This document shows positions 13,201 through 28,200 of a stretch of DNA of 64,000 nucleotides, piece by piece. How positions within the stretch are numbered: position 1 is the first letter of the stretch; every line of letters begins with the position of its first letter. Source of the stretch: Malacoraja senta (Eukaryota). The translations under genes and the position numbers were made by a program. The notes below the pieces were generated by a model that saw only the letters and a program-made list of their open reading frames with translations, ran no database searches and was not told the DNA's origin. Location of the stretch: positions 21,700,001 through 21,764,000 of the forward strand of contig CM075980.1 of the NCBI GenBank assembly GCA_038087875.1, read 5' to 3'.

Positions 13201-16200
13201 ACCCTGTTAAATTGGTTCCCTGTAGATCCTCTTGTGGGCGGAAGTTAAAGATCAGATTGCTTAATTGTGACTTCTAGCATTACATTCGAATTGTTCAGTC
13301 TACAGGTGACAATGGTATGGAGGAGTGTTTCAGTAGCAGATAAGCTGAGGTGAATTTGGAGGCGGTTGATGTTGCATGTGAAAGCAAAGAGATTTTGTGA
13401 TGAGGATTTGAAGGTTAGGTAAGTTATCAGGCATGCATTCGGGTTGGTTGCAATCGTTGGTTAGGTTGATCAAGTTATTGACAGGGATCCTAAGTTTATA
13501 ACAATATATTTGTAATTTACAATATTTAGCTGCAGGAAATTGCAACTCACCCAGAACTGAATTTGGAAAGCACTCTAATAACATAGATAGTAGAGAAGTT
13601 GAATAAGATGGTGGGGAGTGCTAGTTCGCATTGGTTATATGTGACCTCATGACTTTGCATAATGTTTCCAAAGGGCAGCATGTGTACAATAAAGAGGAGT
13701 GCAAATAAAAAGTCTTGTGAATTGCAAAGGTTATACCCCAAAGGTCAGAAAATAACTTATTTAATTGCTTTAGATGCTGTTGTGATTATTTGATCATACA
13801 AGTAGATTCAAATGAAGATTATCTTAGTAAACTGGATAACATGTTTTGGGTAAAGAGAGAGGAAGCATAACACAAATGCTGTTTGTGAGAGCTTGCAGTC
13901 ACAAAGCATATTTTGTGATTCTGGCGTGAGATGTTGCTCTAGGATATTATGATTTTTGTGCCTTGGAATTTGTCAGACATATTTGCATCCCTTTTATTGC
14001 TTATGTGAATAAAACCATGTGTTTTGTGCTACTCTTTTAAGCGAGTATGTATATGGGACTGGAGTTCAGAAAATAAAGGATCACTTTGTTCTGTGGACCT
14101 GAGTCCTGCCTTCGATCCTCAGGTATGGTTTAAGTTATACATTGCAATGCTTTTTCATGAATTCATGGAGTTATAGAGTAGGACAACATAGAAACGTGCC
14201 TTTTGGCTATTATGTTCATGGTGGACTGTTTTGCCCATTTATATAAATGCCATTTGTCCTCATCAAGATCATATCCTTTAATGCCTTGCTTATTTAAATA
14301 TCCAAATGTATTGTAAATGTATCTGATTTCACAACCTCCTTAGGCAGTGAGTTCCAAAAAGTGACTACTCTTTGTGCAAAACAAAACTTACCCCTCAAAT
14401 CCAATTAAAAACTTTCTTCTCACTAAATGTAGTCCAACCAGTGTTTTGTAAAGTTGCAAAATGAAATCCCAGTTTTTATATTCTATGCCTGATCTATGAA
14501 GGCAAGTTTGATATAGTGCTTTCCTCACCACTTTCCTCACCAGTGGTGAAGAGGAACTTCAAGTACTTGAACTTCAAGGTCTCTCTGTTTATTTACATTC
14601 CTCTTCCCTTCTTCTGTCATTACAATAAAAGATCAGACACCTTACAAAAAGCTTACTTTTGAGTGTGATTTATAAACACACTCCAAATATTCAGTTTACG
14701 TAGTGTCTTTCGTGATCTCACAACATCCTAGAGCACTTGACATACAATGAAATACTTCACAAATATTATTACATTGATCATGAAGGATGTGAAGTCATTT
14801 TTTGCATGTTCCCACAAACAGTATTTGCAGTATGGAGGTATTCTGTTTCTGTGATGTTGTTTAAAGGAAAGACATTTGACAGGACATCAGGGAGAACCCT
14901 CCCTCTCATTAATTTCTATTGACTTCACTTTATTATCCCATGATTATATTTTTGTATCTTAGCTATACTTTTGATTATTCCAAGGCTTACTTACCTTGCA
15001 TTGAAAGTTAATCTATTGCTATGCTTACAATACTTTATTTTGAGAAAGAGGCCAGTTGGTCATTAGTTATCAACACTAAATTTCCATAATTCTATGGTCT
15101 TAATATTTTTTCTGTTATGTACTTTTCAATCGAAAATTAACTGAATGGGAACATTTTCTAAACTGCAAAAGTCTTGATCTTGCATTGATCATTTTGTTTT
15201 TGTAAAGATCTTCAACGTGATTAATAACTTATATTTTAAACATGATAGTTGACAATTGCAATTATTCATTTATTCAGTTATCAGGAATGAATCTGTATTG
15301 GAAATTGATTTTGGATTTTTAAGTTAAATCACTTCTGATAATCACACGGAGTTGACGTAAAATGTTGAAAAGTAGATCACTGGCATATTTTGAATATACT
15401 GTTCTTTTAGACTTTTATAGTATTTAATCCTGAAGATAACACTGAGCTACTCAGCAACAACAAAACTGAAGTTGTATTCTATAGTTGGGTGAGTAGTAGA
15501 GAATATTAGCGGAGCATGATCCATTCATTTTCATGGATCCATTCATGTCCAAGTTTTATTTTATTTTGAAGATAGACACAAAAAGCTGGAGTAACTCAGC
15601 GGGGCAGGCAGCATCTCTGGAGAGAAGGAATGGGTAATGGTTTGGGTCGAGACCCTCCTTCAGACTTTACTTTGTTTGGGACACCAGAAAGTGTATACAG
15701 AGAAGCCAGAAAACACTTACAGCAATGTTCTGCATGATGCCTGGTAGTAGGCAGTTTCATCTAGGATGAAACCTTGTTCATGTTTAATTTATTGACTATA
15801 CCTTAAAATACAATATAGTAATTTCATTACTTTAAAAATGTTTTTAGTAAAATATTTTACAAGTAAATAGGTAAAATTACCTTTGACACCTCATCTATTT
15901 TAATTAGAAGGGATGTAAAATAAAAAAAGGGAAGTTTTTAAAAATGTTATACATTCAAATACATAGCATCATAGAAACATACAACAGAAATTAGCCATTA
16001 TAGTGCAGCTCATCCATGCCGACTGTGATACCCATCTATGCTAATGTCATTTGCGCATATTAGGTTCATATTCCTCTACTCCTTTCCTATTCATGGACTT
16101 GTCCAAATTACTTTTAAATGTTGTAATCGTACCTGCCTCCACTACCTTTGGCAGCTGATTCTAAATAATCATAATCTTCTATGTGAAAGATTTAGTCTTG

Positions 16201-19200
16201 AAATCCCTTTTAAATTTTTTCTCTCGCATCTTAAACCTGTGCCGCCTATTTTTAGACTCTCCTACCCTAAGGAAAAGTTACGATTCTCCCAGGCTCATAA
16301 TTTTGTAAACCTCCATAAGATCACCCTCGGCCTCCTACGCTCCAATGAGAATAAACCCAGCTTGTCCAATCTCTCCTTATAATTACAGCCCGCTATTCCA
16401 GGCAACATCCTGATGAATCTCTTCTGCATTCTCTCTATTCCTATCACATTTTTCCTGTGAATCTCTTCTGCACTCTGCTCTCTGTTACATTTCGGTATTG
16501 AAGAGCAAGTTTTCATTTGAAATTGGATTAGAAAGCAACAGATAAATGGAATATAATTTGGTCCCTATTTAAAGTCATGCCTTCTATCCATTACATAGAG
16601 TTATTTGATCATATTTAAAATGCAAGATGTATTCTGTAATCACAATCCTTTCATAGGGGATACAAAACCCATCCGGTGAAGGATTTACTAAAAAGTCTTC
16701 CTTCCCAAGTAATAGTTCTGCTATTAACATCCCTAATAAACAGCAATCAAAAACTGAAAGTTGATATGAATAAAATGTACCTCATGCCATTAGGAATTAG
16801 ATTTGATTGTCATTTTTTGCTGGTAATTTATGCAAATTTAAAAGTCAAACATATTTCTTTTACTATCAACCTTTTCTTAATCTATGTCTGCAATGACTGC
16901 CTTTAGAAAGAGAACCAACTGGAATTTGCATCGCCAATTCTTACAGATGAAGTAAGTATAGATAATGTGTTCAAACATCAAAACTTGAAACAAGCTATAA
17001 AGAGCAAGTCAAAAATTAACAGGCTAGAATAACTAATAACCAATTACTCTGTCAAATTTCTGTTAACATTTTCAAAAATTGCCTGGTTTAAAATGAAGAT
17101 AAATCAAATTAAGCTGGAGTTTAGAAGATTTTGTCAGTGGGTGAAATTAAGGCACATGGTATTGGGGGTAGAGTGCTGACATGGACATGATACCAAAGTG
17201 GATAAATGTGAGGTTATCCACTTTGGTATCAAAAACAGGAAGGCAGATTACTATCTAAATGGTGTCAAGTTGGGAAAAGGGGAAGTACAACGGGATCTGG
17301 GGGTCCTTGTTCATCAGTCAATGAAAGTAAACATGCAGGTACAGCAGGCAGTGAAGAAAGCGAATGGCATGTTGGCCTTTATAACAAGAGGAGTTGAGTA
17401 TAGGAGCAAAGAGGTCCTTCTGCAGTTGTACAAGGCCCTAGTGAGACCACACCTGGAGTATTGTGCGCAGTTTTGGTCCCCTAATTTGAGGAAGGACATT
17501 TTTGCTATTGAGGGAGTGCAGCGTAGGTTTACAAGGTTAATTCCCGGGATGGCAGGACTGTCATATGCTGAGAGAATGGAGGGGCTGGCTTGTATACTCT
17601 GGAGTTTAGAAGGATGAGAGGGAATCTTATTGAAACATACATGCTTATTAAGGGTTTGGACACGCTAGAGGCAGGAAACATGTTCCCGATGTTGGGGGAG
17701 TCCAGAACCAGGGGTCACAGTTTAAGAATAAGGGATAAGCCATTTAGAACGGAGACAAGGAAACACTTTTTCTCACAGAGAGTTGTGAGTCTGTGGAATT
17801 ATCTGCCTCAGAGGGCGGTGGAGGCTGGTTCTCTGGATACTTTCAAGAGAGAGCTAGATAGGGCTCTTAAAGGTTACGGAGTCAGGGGATATGGGGAGAA
17901 GGCAGGAACGGGGTACTGATTGGGGATGATCAGCCATGGTCACATTGAATGGCAGTGCTGGCTCGAAGGGCCGAATGGCCTACTCCTGCACCTATTGTCT
18001 ATTGTTTATTGCAGAAAAGTTGCAGAGGTAAAAAAAAGCCATTAGTTTATTGAATAGCAGAGCAAGCATGAGTTGCTGAGCGGCCATTTGTGCTTATACT
18101 TATATTCTTCTTGAACTACTCAGGACACAATTTTTTTTTTATATATGTCTCAGTTAACTCACTTACAACAACATCTACAGGGTTGAAAGATGGTGTGATG
18201 ATGTCAAATGTCAGCAAATGATTCTTGTGTGACTTGGTGGGAACAGACAGAAATTTGAGTCTTGCTTTGATCAGTTCCTAATTTCAGCAAAGTTGACAAC
18301 GTTTGACCTCTCCCTGAAGTGGAAAGTCAATGAGACAGGCAGATGAGCAGTCTCCAACATACCCTGATGGGGGCTGCAGAACCATTATACCATTATGTAA
18401 GGCATTCAGCCAAAAGATAAGAGCTATATGTATATAAAACAAACAGAATAACATAAGCTACATAAACAACTATTAATCAGTGATATGACCTTTTACAGAG
18501 AGTACTATAACCCTTGCTTTTTGAAAATAAATGATGCTGATTCAATTGTTATAAGGGTACCAATTTTCCACTTATGTTCAATTGTTAACTTTCTAAACTT
18601 TATCACTGTGACCTTTTCATTCACAGACATTTAACAAAGTTGTGGGAATCTACTGTCAATCAGTTTTCCATCTTATTCCTTCACAAGTACTCACTGGCAC
18701 TTCTGCAGGGAATTTGGTTATCTGGGACACTGTTGGTACAACTCATAGTCAATTTGATGCAATGAAATTATACAAGAAAAAACCTTTAAAACTCGTGAAT
18801 CTACAGAATGATGGTATTACAGTGGTCGAGGTAATGGACAGGTAAGGGAGAGGTGGGTTTTCATCAGGGAATCGCTATAGAATTCAAATGTGCATTTAAC
18901 CTGTATTGTAGTCACTCAAAATTGAATTAGAATACTGATATTTTCTTGTTTGATTACGGTTCTCCCCCCCAAAGAATTCTAAGAAATCACACATTTCAAA
19001 GTTGAACCTTAAAATTTTCTAAATTTTGTGAGAATTAAGTTATTCTTGAGAGGAGCCTTACCTCAAACATGGAATTACTTTAATCTCTTTTATCCAAGTT
19101 TAAAAAAATCTCAATAAAAGAATGTCAATCAATCCTTTTGGTTAATGTGCATTTTCCCTTTTGGTTAATAAACAGATAATGATATATTTAGAATGTTGAT

Positions 19201-22200
19201 CTGGTGAATCAGAGGATGATATCCTTAAATGTTCATCTTTACAGAGTTTAGACAAAAGATGATTATTGTATAGGTATTTCCCAAAAATTATTGTTATACA
19301 TTTTATACATGTATATTTAAAAAAAAAAATTGTAGCAAAGTCCACAATCCTTCACCTGATTGTGTAGATGTCCCAATGGATCGGCATTTAGTTCACCAGA
19401 TACTAATCTGTGCATTACTTTTAACCCACCTCAGTTCATGCACTCCCTTTAACACACTGGGCTCTATTTCCCATGCCCCACTTTAACAAACTGGGGCCCC
19501 ATTTCCAGAGCTCCTGTGAAACGCACCAGGGCCCCTTTTCTGCACACTCTTGAAACTAATTGGGACTTTGTTTTCATTGCCCCTTGGAACTGACGAGAAC
19601 TCAATATGAAACTCATTTGGTTTTGTTTCCTGTGCTCCCTTTAAATTTACAATGTTTGTTGGAAAAAAAATTCTACTACTGTGAAACACCTAAAAATTAA
19701 AAACAAATTAGCAGTGTATTGGAGTATTAATTTGGAATAACATCCAATTGTCTGGAAAACTATTTGTTGCTACTGAGCTATCTGAATAGTCTTAATATCT
19801 GGGACCATAATTATGCCAGGATTTACAAAATGATTGCAAAATATTTTTTCGGAGATTAGAATAATGGATAGCATAAAGTACTACCTATGTTATTCCAACT
19901 GAGAACTTTAGATGCCATCACTCATTGTGTGCTGAAAATCATTTCCTGTGGTCTGATGCTGCTTTGAATTGTGTAATGCCTCAGAACTGAGATTTTATAA
20001 AGCACAAGAAACTGCAGGTGCTGGATCTTTTTTCAGGAATAAGTGAGTTCAGTATCTCACGCGCGCAATGAATCTTGGGATTATGTCAAAGGTCATTCGG
20101 GATGAACAATGAATGTATTGGATTCATACAAGCGATCAACCACCGAAAGCAAGCCATGTTATCTCCGACTGCCTTAATGCTGTAGCACAAATAGCAAGCT
20201 TTGGCCCAATACAGCAGAAGGCAGACCGACCTCCATGCCACCTATCGACTTTCACCAAATCCAACCCTTATCGTTAATGCTACCATAATGTGAACTGCGG
20301 GCTTAGGGTCCATTGCAAACTGAATAGTTCACTATGGAGACTGGACCGCCTCCCTCAAGTTTCAGGCAGCGGAGGCGTGAAGGCAAGAACACCATTCTCC
20401 GCTGACTTGAGTAGCCCTAAGCTAATTGTAGCAAAGTCTGAACATTCAACATTGTTAGCACGCCCTGCAATGAAGTGGACTTGAGCACTCACTCACCAGA
20501 AGCTACTGCTGTTGTTGTTGTCCCCATCGGTCTGGTCTGGTCTCAAGACAATGGCCCAGGCGAAGGGAATCGGGTTGAGTCCGGCGTCACCTGCCAAATC
20601 ACTGCAGGTGGTCACTGAGTAACCACCTGGCTGCCTGGCTCCAGCAGCAACTATCCCCACTGCAGCCAAAGTCAGGCAGCAACTATCCCCACCGGAGAGG
20701 CTGCAAACACCACTCCCCGCAACCATGTGTAAACGTGAACAGCTCTCTGTGGGGCGATGCAGCACCCTATCTATCTCCGCACACAGGTTGCTAGGTCCAA
20801 AGTCAACGAGGCAAAGCGGGAAGACCTGTGACTTGGGCGAAAGAGCAGCTATGCAGGACATTTTGATGCGCCTACTGAGGTGGGTTCCCCACAACGCAAA
20901 TCTTGCCTGTGCCAACATGCCGATGCTGAAACATACTCTTTATGTTGGGATAACAATTACGTTTAGTCTAAATGGCTCCCATGAGAGTGGAAAAGCGGAA
21001 GAAAATAGTAATTTTATGTAGCAGTTAAGTCTCTGGGAGCTGAGCTAATTCTCCACCTCTGTGAGCTCCTACTGATTGCTTGCCTTCATGGTTAAATATT
21101 TACTCTGCTGCAGAAGTAACCAGCCAGTAGGTATTAATCAGAAGTCCTGTGTGATTAGCCCAACTAATTTTCTTCCACGACTTGACTAGCCCTAAGCTAA
21201 TTGTAGCAAATCAACTGATTAGTTAGGAGACTCGTGACTAAGTTTTGTACTACACAACTTTACTTACACATGTACATGCAGAACTCATTCAGAAGTCAAC
21301 AAATGTGCATACAGCCTGTGGCTGTGGACTAGTATAATAAGAGGTGAAAACCCCACAAATACTTTTCATATTATCTATTGATGGTTATATAAATCATACA
21401 TTTCATTTCATTCTTCCCCCCCCCCCACCTCCAAAACAAAAACAATAAAAAATGGTTGTTATTCATTGTCACGATCTCGTACACACCGAAGTGGACCAGC
21501 AAGTGACCAAGGAGAAGCCAATAAAACCACCAAAATTATTGTAGTTTTGTACAAATGAACCATAAATCCACCTAGTTAATAGTTTTGAAACTGGAAAATA
21601 CGTATAAAACAGGTCAAAGCAATTATCGATCGCAATGTATACACACAGTAGTTCAACCCGAATGTTTATCCCGAATGACCCATGACCTGGGCAAACTCAC
21701 GCATGCACAGTTGTAATACCGAACTCGCTTATTTTCTAAACTGATTTTAATGCAGCATTGCCTCATCACCTGCGGTGAGTTGTAGAGAAGTCAGCAGCTT
21801 CACAGCCCATCGGAGGTTCTTTTGCTCAGGAGATATTATGTTGTTATAGGTTAGTTTGTAAACTGGCAGTGCTGACATCAACTGTTCAAAAGTATGATTA
21901 ATAATGGCATACATTTTATAGGACTTGCAGCTGTGCAATTATTGCATAATTTATCCAGCTTTCAAATCACATTTTATTTTCAAATTTCTGGTTTACCAAT
22001 GGTAGTTGGCATGGCATTGCATAAATATTAAGAAATAATATGCCCAAAGTACCAGAATCCTTTGGAGGATAAGTATGAGGATTTAAAGCATGTCATTGTA
22101 CCATTCCAGAATTGATGCTAAATTAATTGACTGCTGGTTGAGAGTACACCTGTGCACAAAATAGCAGAATAAAATGGACCAGAGTTCTTGCCCCAGAACC

Positions 22201-25200
22201 TTTGCTATTATGTCAGAAATGCATCTTGTTTAATTGGGACACATTAGGGTCACATTAGGACCCATTAGGGTCGACAGTCAGAACCTTTTTCATGGGGTGG
22301 AAATGTCGAAGACTAGAGTCAAGAGTCAAGTCAAGTCAAGAGAGTTTATTGTCATGTGTCGCAGATAGGACAATGAATTCTTGCATAGCTTTAAGGTAAG
22401 AGGGGCAAGTTTATATGAGATGTGAGGGGCAAGATATTACACAGAGAATGGTGGGTGCTTGGAACGAACTGCCAGGGGTGGTGTGGGGGCAGAAATGATA
22501 TAGGGACATTTAAGAGACTTTCAGATAAGCATATGGATATGTAGGAAATGGAGGGGTATAGATCATGTGCAGTCAGACGAGATTAGTTTAAGTTTAGTTG
22601 AGTTTATTGTCACATGTACCGAGGTACGGTGAAAAGCTTTTTGTTGCATGCTAACCAGTCAGCAGAAAGGCAATACATGATTACCATCGATCCATTTACA
22701 GTATAAGGGAATAGCATTTAGCGCAAGGTAAAGCAAGCAATGTCCGATCAAGGATAGTCCCAGCGTCATCAAAGAGGTAGATAGCAATTCAGGACAGTTC
22801 TCTAATTGTGGTAGGGTGATTCAGTTGTCTGATAACAGCTGGGAAGAAACTGTCCCTGAATCTGGCGGTATGCATTTTCACACTTCTATACCTTTTGCCT
22901 GATGGGAGAGGGGAGAAGAGGGAGTGGCTAGGGTGCAACCCATCCTTGATTATGCTGCTGGCCTTGCTGAGGCAGCGTGAAGCATAAATGGAGTTGGCAT
23001 CATGTTCGGCATGAACATGTGGGCCAAATGGCCTGTTCCTGCATTGTACTGTTCAATATTCTATAACACCAGTAGCTTGTGGTATCAGACATCTAAGAAA
23101 TGTTGTAAACGTCACTCCAGACCTCTGACGCAGCCTCTGTCACTGCTACAGGCACATGAACTGAGTGATATCTGCCTGAGTAAATGTTGGCAGAAGAGAA
23201 GGTAGCACATGAACAATTCCAGCCAACATCTTCAATTGGATTAAAGGACTCTGAATCTCTTGAAGAATTGAAGGCAGTTGCATGCAAAGTGGATGCATAC
23301 TGATTTGGTGGTTCCTCAGTCTGAGGGATGAACACAAATGAATGTGATGACCCAAATGTTGATATTTTTACATTTGTGAATAGAGTGTTGAAATATTATT
23401 TAATGCAAGGGTAAGTTGGTGTTCGTATGTTGTAAACTGATTATATTTCTTTTGATAGTAATTGTATCTTTAATATTTAATATTTATTACAGGTACATTG
23501 TGACTGGTGATGTCAAAGGTTGCATCAGGTTTTATGATGAAGAAATTTGTTTACTTAATTGGTACAGTAATTTACACCTGGGACCCATCCATTCAATTTC
23601 CTTCTCCAGTCAACCAGCTAGCAAAGCAAATGAGAAATCCTCTTACCCTTCAGAGTCTACCATCAAAGCTCAACAATTTGTTGTCAGGTTAATAACAGTA
23701 ATACTTTATTTAACTGCTACACAATTAAACAATATGGCTTAAAAATCTCTATGTAATAATTTCTTAATTAAATGCTCTATTGCACCTTTTAATAGGAATA
23801 TTATGCATAAATCAGGATAGTGCAATAATTTTAAGCTTATATTTTCTATCCTGTATTTGTTCTTTTCATTTCAGATATGCATCAATGTTAACATTGACTA
23901 TTTTATAGGAACTGTTTAATTGCTTCTATTGGAAAAATAAACAGTAAGGACAGAGAAAGAGAGAGTAACATGTTATTATCAGGTTCATATGGACAAAGAA
24001 AACATTCACACAGGCTTGGAGACACGAGGAGTTACAGATGTTGGAATCTTGAGCAAACATTAAGTGCTGGAGGATCAGCGGGTCGGGGAGCATCTGTGGA
24101 GGAAATGGACCGATGATGTTTTGGGTCAGGAACTTTCTTTCAACTGATCAATTCTGCAGACTTCAAATTCTGAAGAAGGGCCTCAACCCAAAATATCGTC
24201 TTTGCCATTTGCTCCACGGATGTTGCCTGGCCCGCTGAGTTCCTCCAGCGCTTTCTGTTTTATTCTCACAGGCTTGATGAGCTGATAGGCCTAATCTTGT
24301 GAGGCAGACCTATTGTCCATATGCGACTGGATTTACTTGGGTATTGTCATGGATGTCCAAGTTTCCAATGTTAATGTAGACCTAAGCTAGCTACAAAAGG
24401 TCCTTTGCAGCACTGGTGGATTCCTTGGAGTTCAGCCTGTGCAGCACAAACCTCTGCAAGTTTCCCAACAATCAGACTGGGAAACCTTGCTGTCCCTGTG
24501 CCAGTTTAAACCGTGTAAGCACAGTGGTCCCCATTCAAATCATTGGAAGAAAATGGTTGCTTGGAAAGTAGTAAACAGCTATACTTTAAATATTTGTCAG
24601 AGTTTTAAATGTTAAATACTAACATCTTTGATAACCAATACGTGCAGGAGGCTGGGGTCAGGGACTCATCAGCTGTCAAAACAATTCTTAGTACATGCAA
24701 CTGTCTGCATTGAGATAGCTGTTATGTTATGCTGAGCCATGCCAGAGTGCTGGGAGCTTGGCTCTTATCAATGGATCATGCCAGGGAATGTGCTGAAGCA
24801 AAGAGCACAATACCGGGCAAGTGGCTGGTAATTTCAGGAAAATGGCAGTCATGGTGTCATACTCTTCTCTGACTTGCTTATATGTGCCTGGCTACATACC
24901 TCTTGAAAGGAGTAGTTGTATCTGATTCCACTACCTCCTTTGGCATTGTCCCAGATAACAACCATGCTCTGTATAAAAACAAAACAAACATACCCAAACA
25001 TCCAAAGTGACACAGCTGATAGACCTGCTGCCTCATAGAGAGGCCAAGATTTGATCTTGACTTAATGTACTGTCTGTGTGGAGTTTGCACATTCGCTCTA
25101 TGACCGCATGTGTTTCCTCCAGGTGCACCCACATCCCAAAGACGTGCGGGTTTGTAGGTTAATTGGCATCGGTAAATTGCCCCCTAGGAAGTAAATGTGA

Positions 25201-28200
25201 AAGTGAAGTGGGATAACCTAGAACTAGTGTAAATGGGTGAACAATGGTCAGCCTGGACTCGCTGGGCTGTAGGGCCTGTTTCCATGCTAATCTGTAAGTT
25301 TAATTCCAAAACCCACTTCTCACTGTAAAACTATGCCCTCTTACTTTTGATACCTTTACCATAAGAAACAAAATTGACTATCTAACCTATCTATGCATCT
25401 TATCAACTTCTATCAAATCCTTCCTCAGCTTCCATTGCTCCAGGGAAGCTATTTACCTTTTATAAAAGCAAAATTTCACTTATCACATAAGTACTAAAAA
25501 TATATCTATTTTTTGTCCATTTATTCCATGTAGAAACTTTGTTGTGTCTACAGTTGATGCTACAGTGGCTCATATAACTGGAGACGGGTGCAAGCTTGAA
25601 ATGTTATTGCAGGAGCACAGTGCAGCATTGCATGCCATAGCATGTCATCCCTCTCTGCCTCTCATTTGTATGGGAAGCTATTGCGGACTTCTGAAAGTCT
25701 GGGACTATGAGAACAAGGAACCTGTTTGCAGCAGGCTGTTTGGAACTGGGAACTTTATTCAATGTGTGACCTATAATAAAGCAGGTATGAGCAATAAATT
25801 TAATGAGTAGATATTTTAGATTTTAGTATTTCAAGCATTCACGGTCAGTATCAAGGTCTTCGATGTCAGGTATTGGGTGTAAAAATAATGCTTCTTCAAA
25901 AGATCCCAAACAAGAACCCTTGGGACTCTAATTTCATTTTTTTAATGTCTCACAATTCCTATCTGCTAGTCGCTTTCAGTGAGACTTCTTATTGAGTGCT
26001 AATTATCTTGAATTTAATGTTGTAATTCATGTTTATTAGGTAGTGGATCGATCTTGCCTGTTAGCAATGACTGGATTGATCAGCCAGAGATAGATTTGCA
26101 TCTTGGTCCTAGATGTTAAATATAATAATTTAAAAAAAGATGTTAAAGAACAATGGATTATTCAATCCCTTGAATCATTGTCCTGGAGTTTGCTGACAAA
26201 TGCAGTAGGTTCTGTGGGTTTCAGCTGATGGACACAATCTTGCTGAGCTGCCTCAGACCACTCAAACCACTGGGGTTTTAATTGTTTAATCGTTTGATAG
26301 GTTTGATATATCAAAAAATGATTTAAATAGGTTTGCAGGGTTGGAGAGTAGAGTAAAGTGGAAGATAAATCATTTTTATTAAATACATTTTACATATTTA
26401 ATTGAGAATGATTTTCCCAGATGTCAAAGCTTGTAAGGGAACTTTAGGGGCAGTGTGTCATGGGAGGCCCCACTACCTCCCAGGCCATGCTGCTGGCAAC
26501 CAGGACACTTCGGGCTACAAGTTAGGCCCCCTACATCTGCCACAGGTAAGTATGGGCATGTGTCATGTAGGTGTTTAATTGTCATATAGACTGTTGTTGC
26601 ATTTGATGTGCTTTATAGGCATATTAAATGCAACACCACACATTCAGTAAATTATCAGTTATTTTAGATAAACCAGACCATGATAGTGCAAGTCATAGTG
26701 TGTACTGCAACGTTGGTAGCGCCGTCCATTGTAGCTTGGTGCGAAAGTAGGGTTATGCAGGGTGGTTCAAGAACCTCTTGATTGATGGGAAGAAGCTGTT
26801 CCTGAACGTGAAGGTAATGGTTCTCAGGCTCCTGTACCTTCTTCCTGATGGCAGCAGTGAGATAGGAGCATGGGTGGTGTGGGTTTTTGATGAATTTACC
26901 TTCCTTCTTGTGATGGTGCTTTCTGTAGATCCTTTCAATGGTGGGGAGACTATTCCATATGATGGACCAGGTAAAGTCCAGTACATTCTGCAGCCTCCTT
27001 TGTTCTTATATAGGCCTATAGGCCTAAATACAAGTTTAGACTGATACCAGTATGATTTATTTCATATCAATGGAGCAGTCATTCTTGGACACTCGAATTA
27101 CTGAACCGGGTGAGATACAATCGGTCAATGAGCTCTCCATCATACACATGTAGACGTTCCATAGCGTATTTGATGATGTGCCAAATCTCCTCGAATTTCT
27201 GAGGAAGTAGAGGCATTACTGAGCTTTATTTGTATTTGCATCAATGTACTGGTCCCAGGTGACTGTGAGGACCAAACTTGTTCTAGCAAGATTTGTCCGT
27301 GGGTGTTGCATATGACCTATGTCAATTGTAAATTGATAATGGGTTTACACTATATTTCCTTTTCCACACATCTCAAAACTAACTTCATATTTGAATGAGA
27401 AATAAATGTTGTTAAATAATTTCATTCCAAACATGTTTCATTGGCAAAATACAATTTCCTTACTTCCATAGGTTCACTGTTGGGAGTTGGACTTACTGAT
27501 GGATGTGTTTACATCCTTGATGCACTTTCTTTGAACAATGAGCGCTCCGAACCTTTCCAGTATGCCAAAGATGCTATTACTGACATTGCCTTCTCACATG
27601 ACTCAAGATACCTGGCAACAGTTGTGAGTATTGAAAATATTTGTAAAAGTAATTGAGGCAGTGGATGCAGAAATAATCTAATTTTTTTTGACCATCCAAA
27701 TAAGCTATACACAGTTTTTTTAAAGAAATAATTTAAAAATATATAAATTTATTTGCTCTTTCGAATAAATCTTAATAAAGAGACATGGAGATATAATAAT
27801 TTCAAGCCCTTCTGTAAACATGTTCTAAGATGTGAATTATTCTAGCATTTCCACTTACTTGTGTGAACATTATGTACCTGCAAGAGTGGGCTCAATTAAG
27901 ATGTGACAAATTTAGAATAGTTCATGTAAATTTACACATGAGGAAAGGTTCGATTTAATAAAGTATTGACGTTACTAGCATTTTTGCAATTGTAACTCAC
28001 CTCTCAAGAGAGTGTCTTGCATCAACTCAGTATCTGCCATGTTGACATACCACTATCTGACATACTGGAAATTCACATCATCTTTCTAGTAATTAAAATA
28101 TTTGAGAAGACCAATCTAATTTACAAATTTAAAAGTTTCAGTGAGACACCACAGGTTGTGCAGAGCATGGGAGCTGTAAAGTTATAGTTGTTGCACATTC

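Noticed and set aside
20290-21021. ORFs of 64-141 aa inside the TIR element
   Set aside because: No recognisable domain or transposase motif
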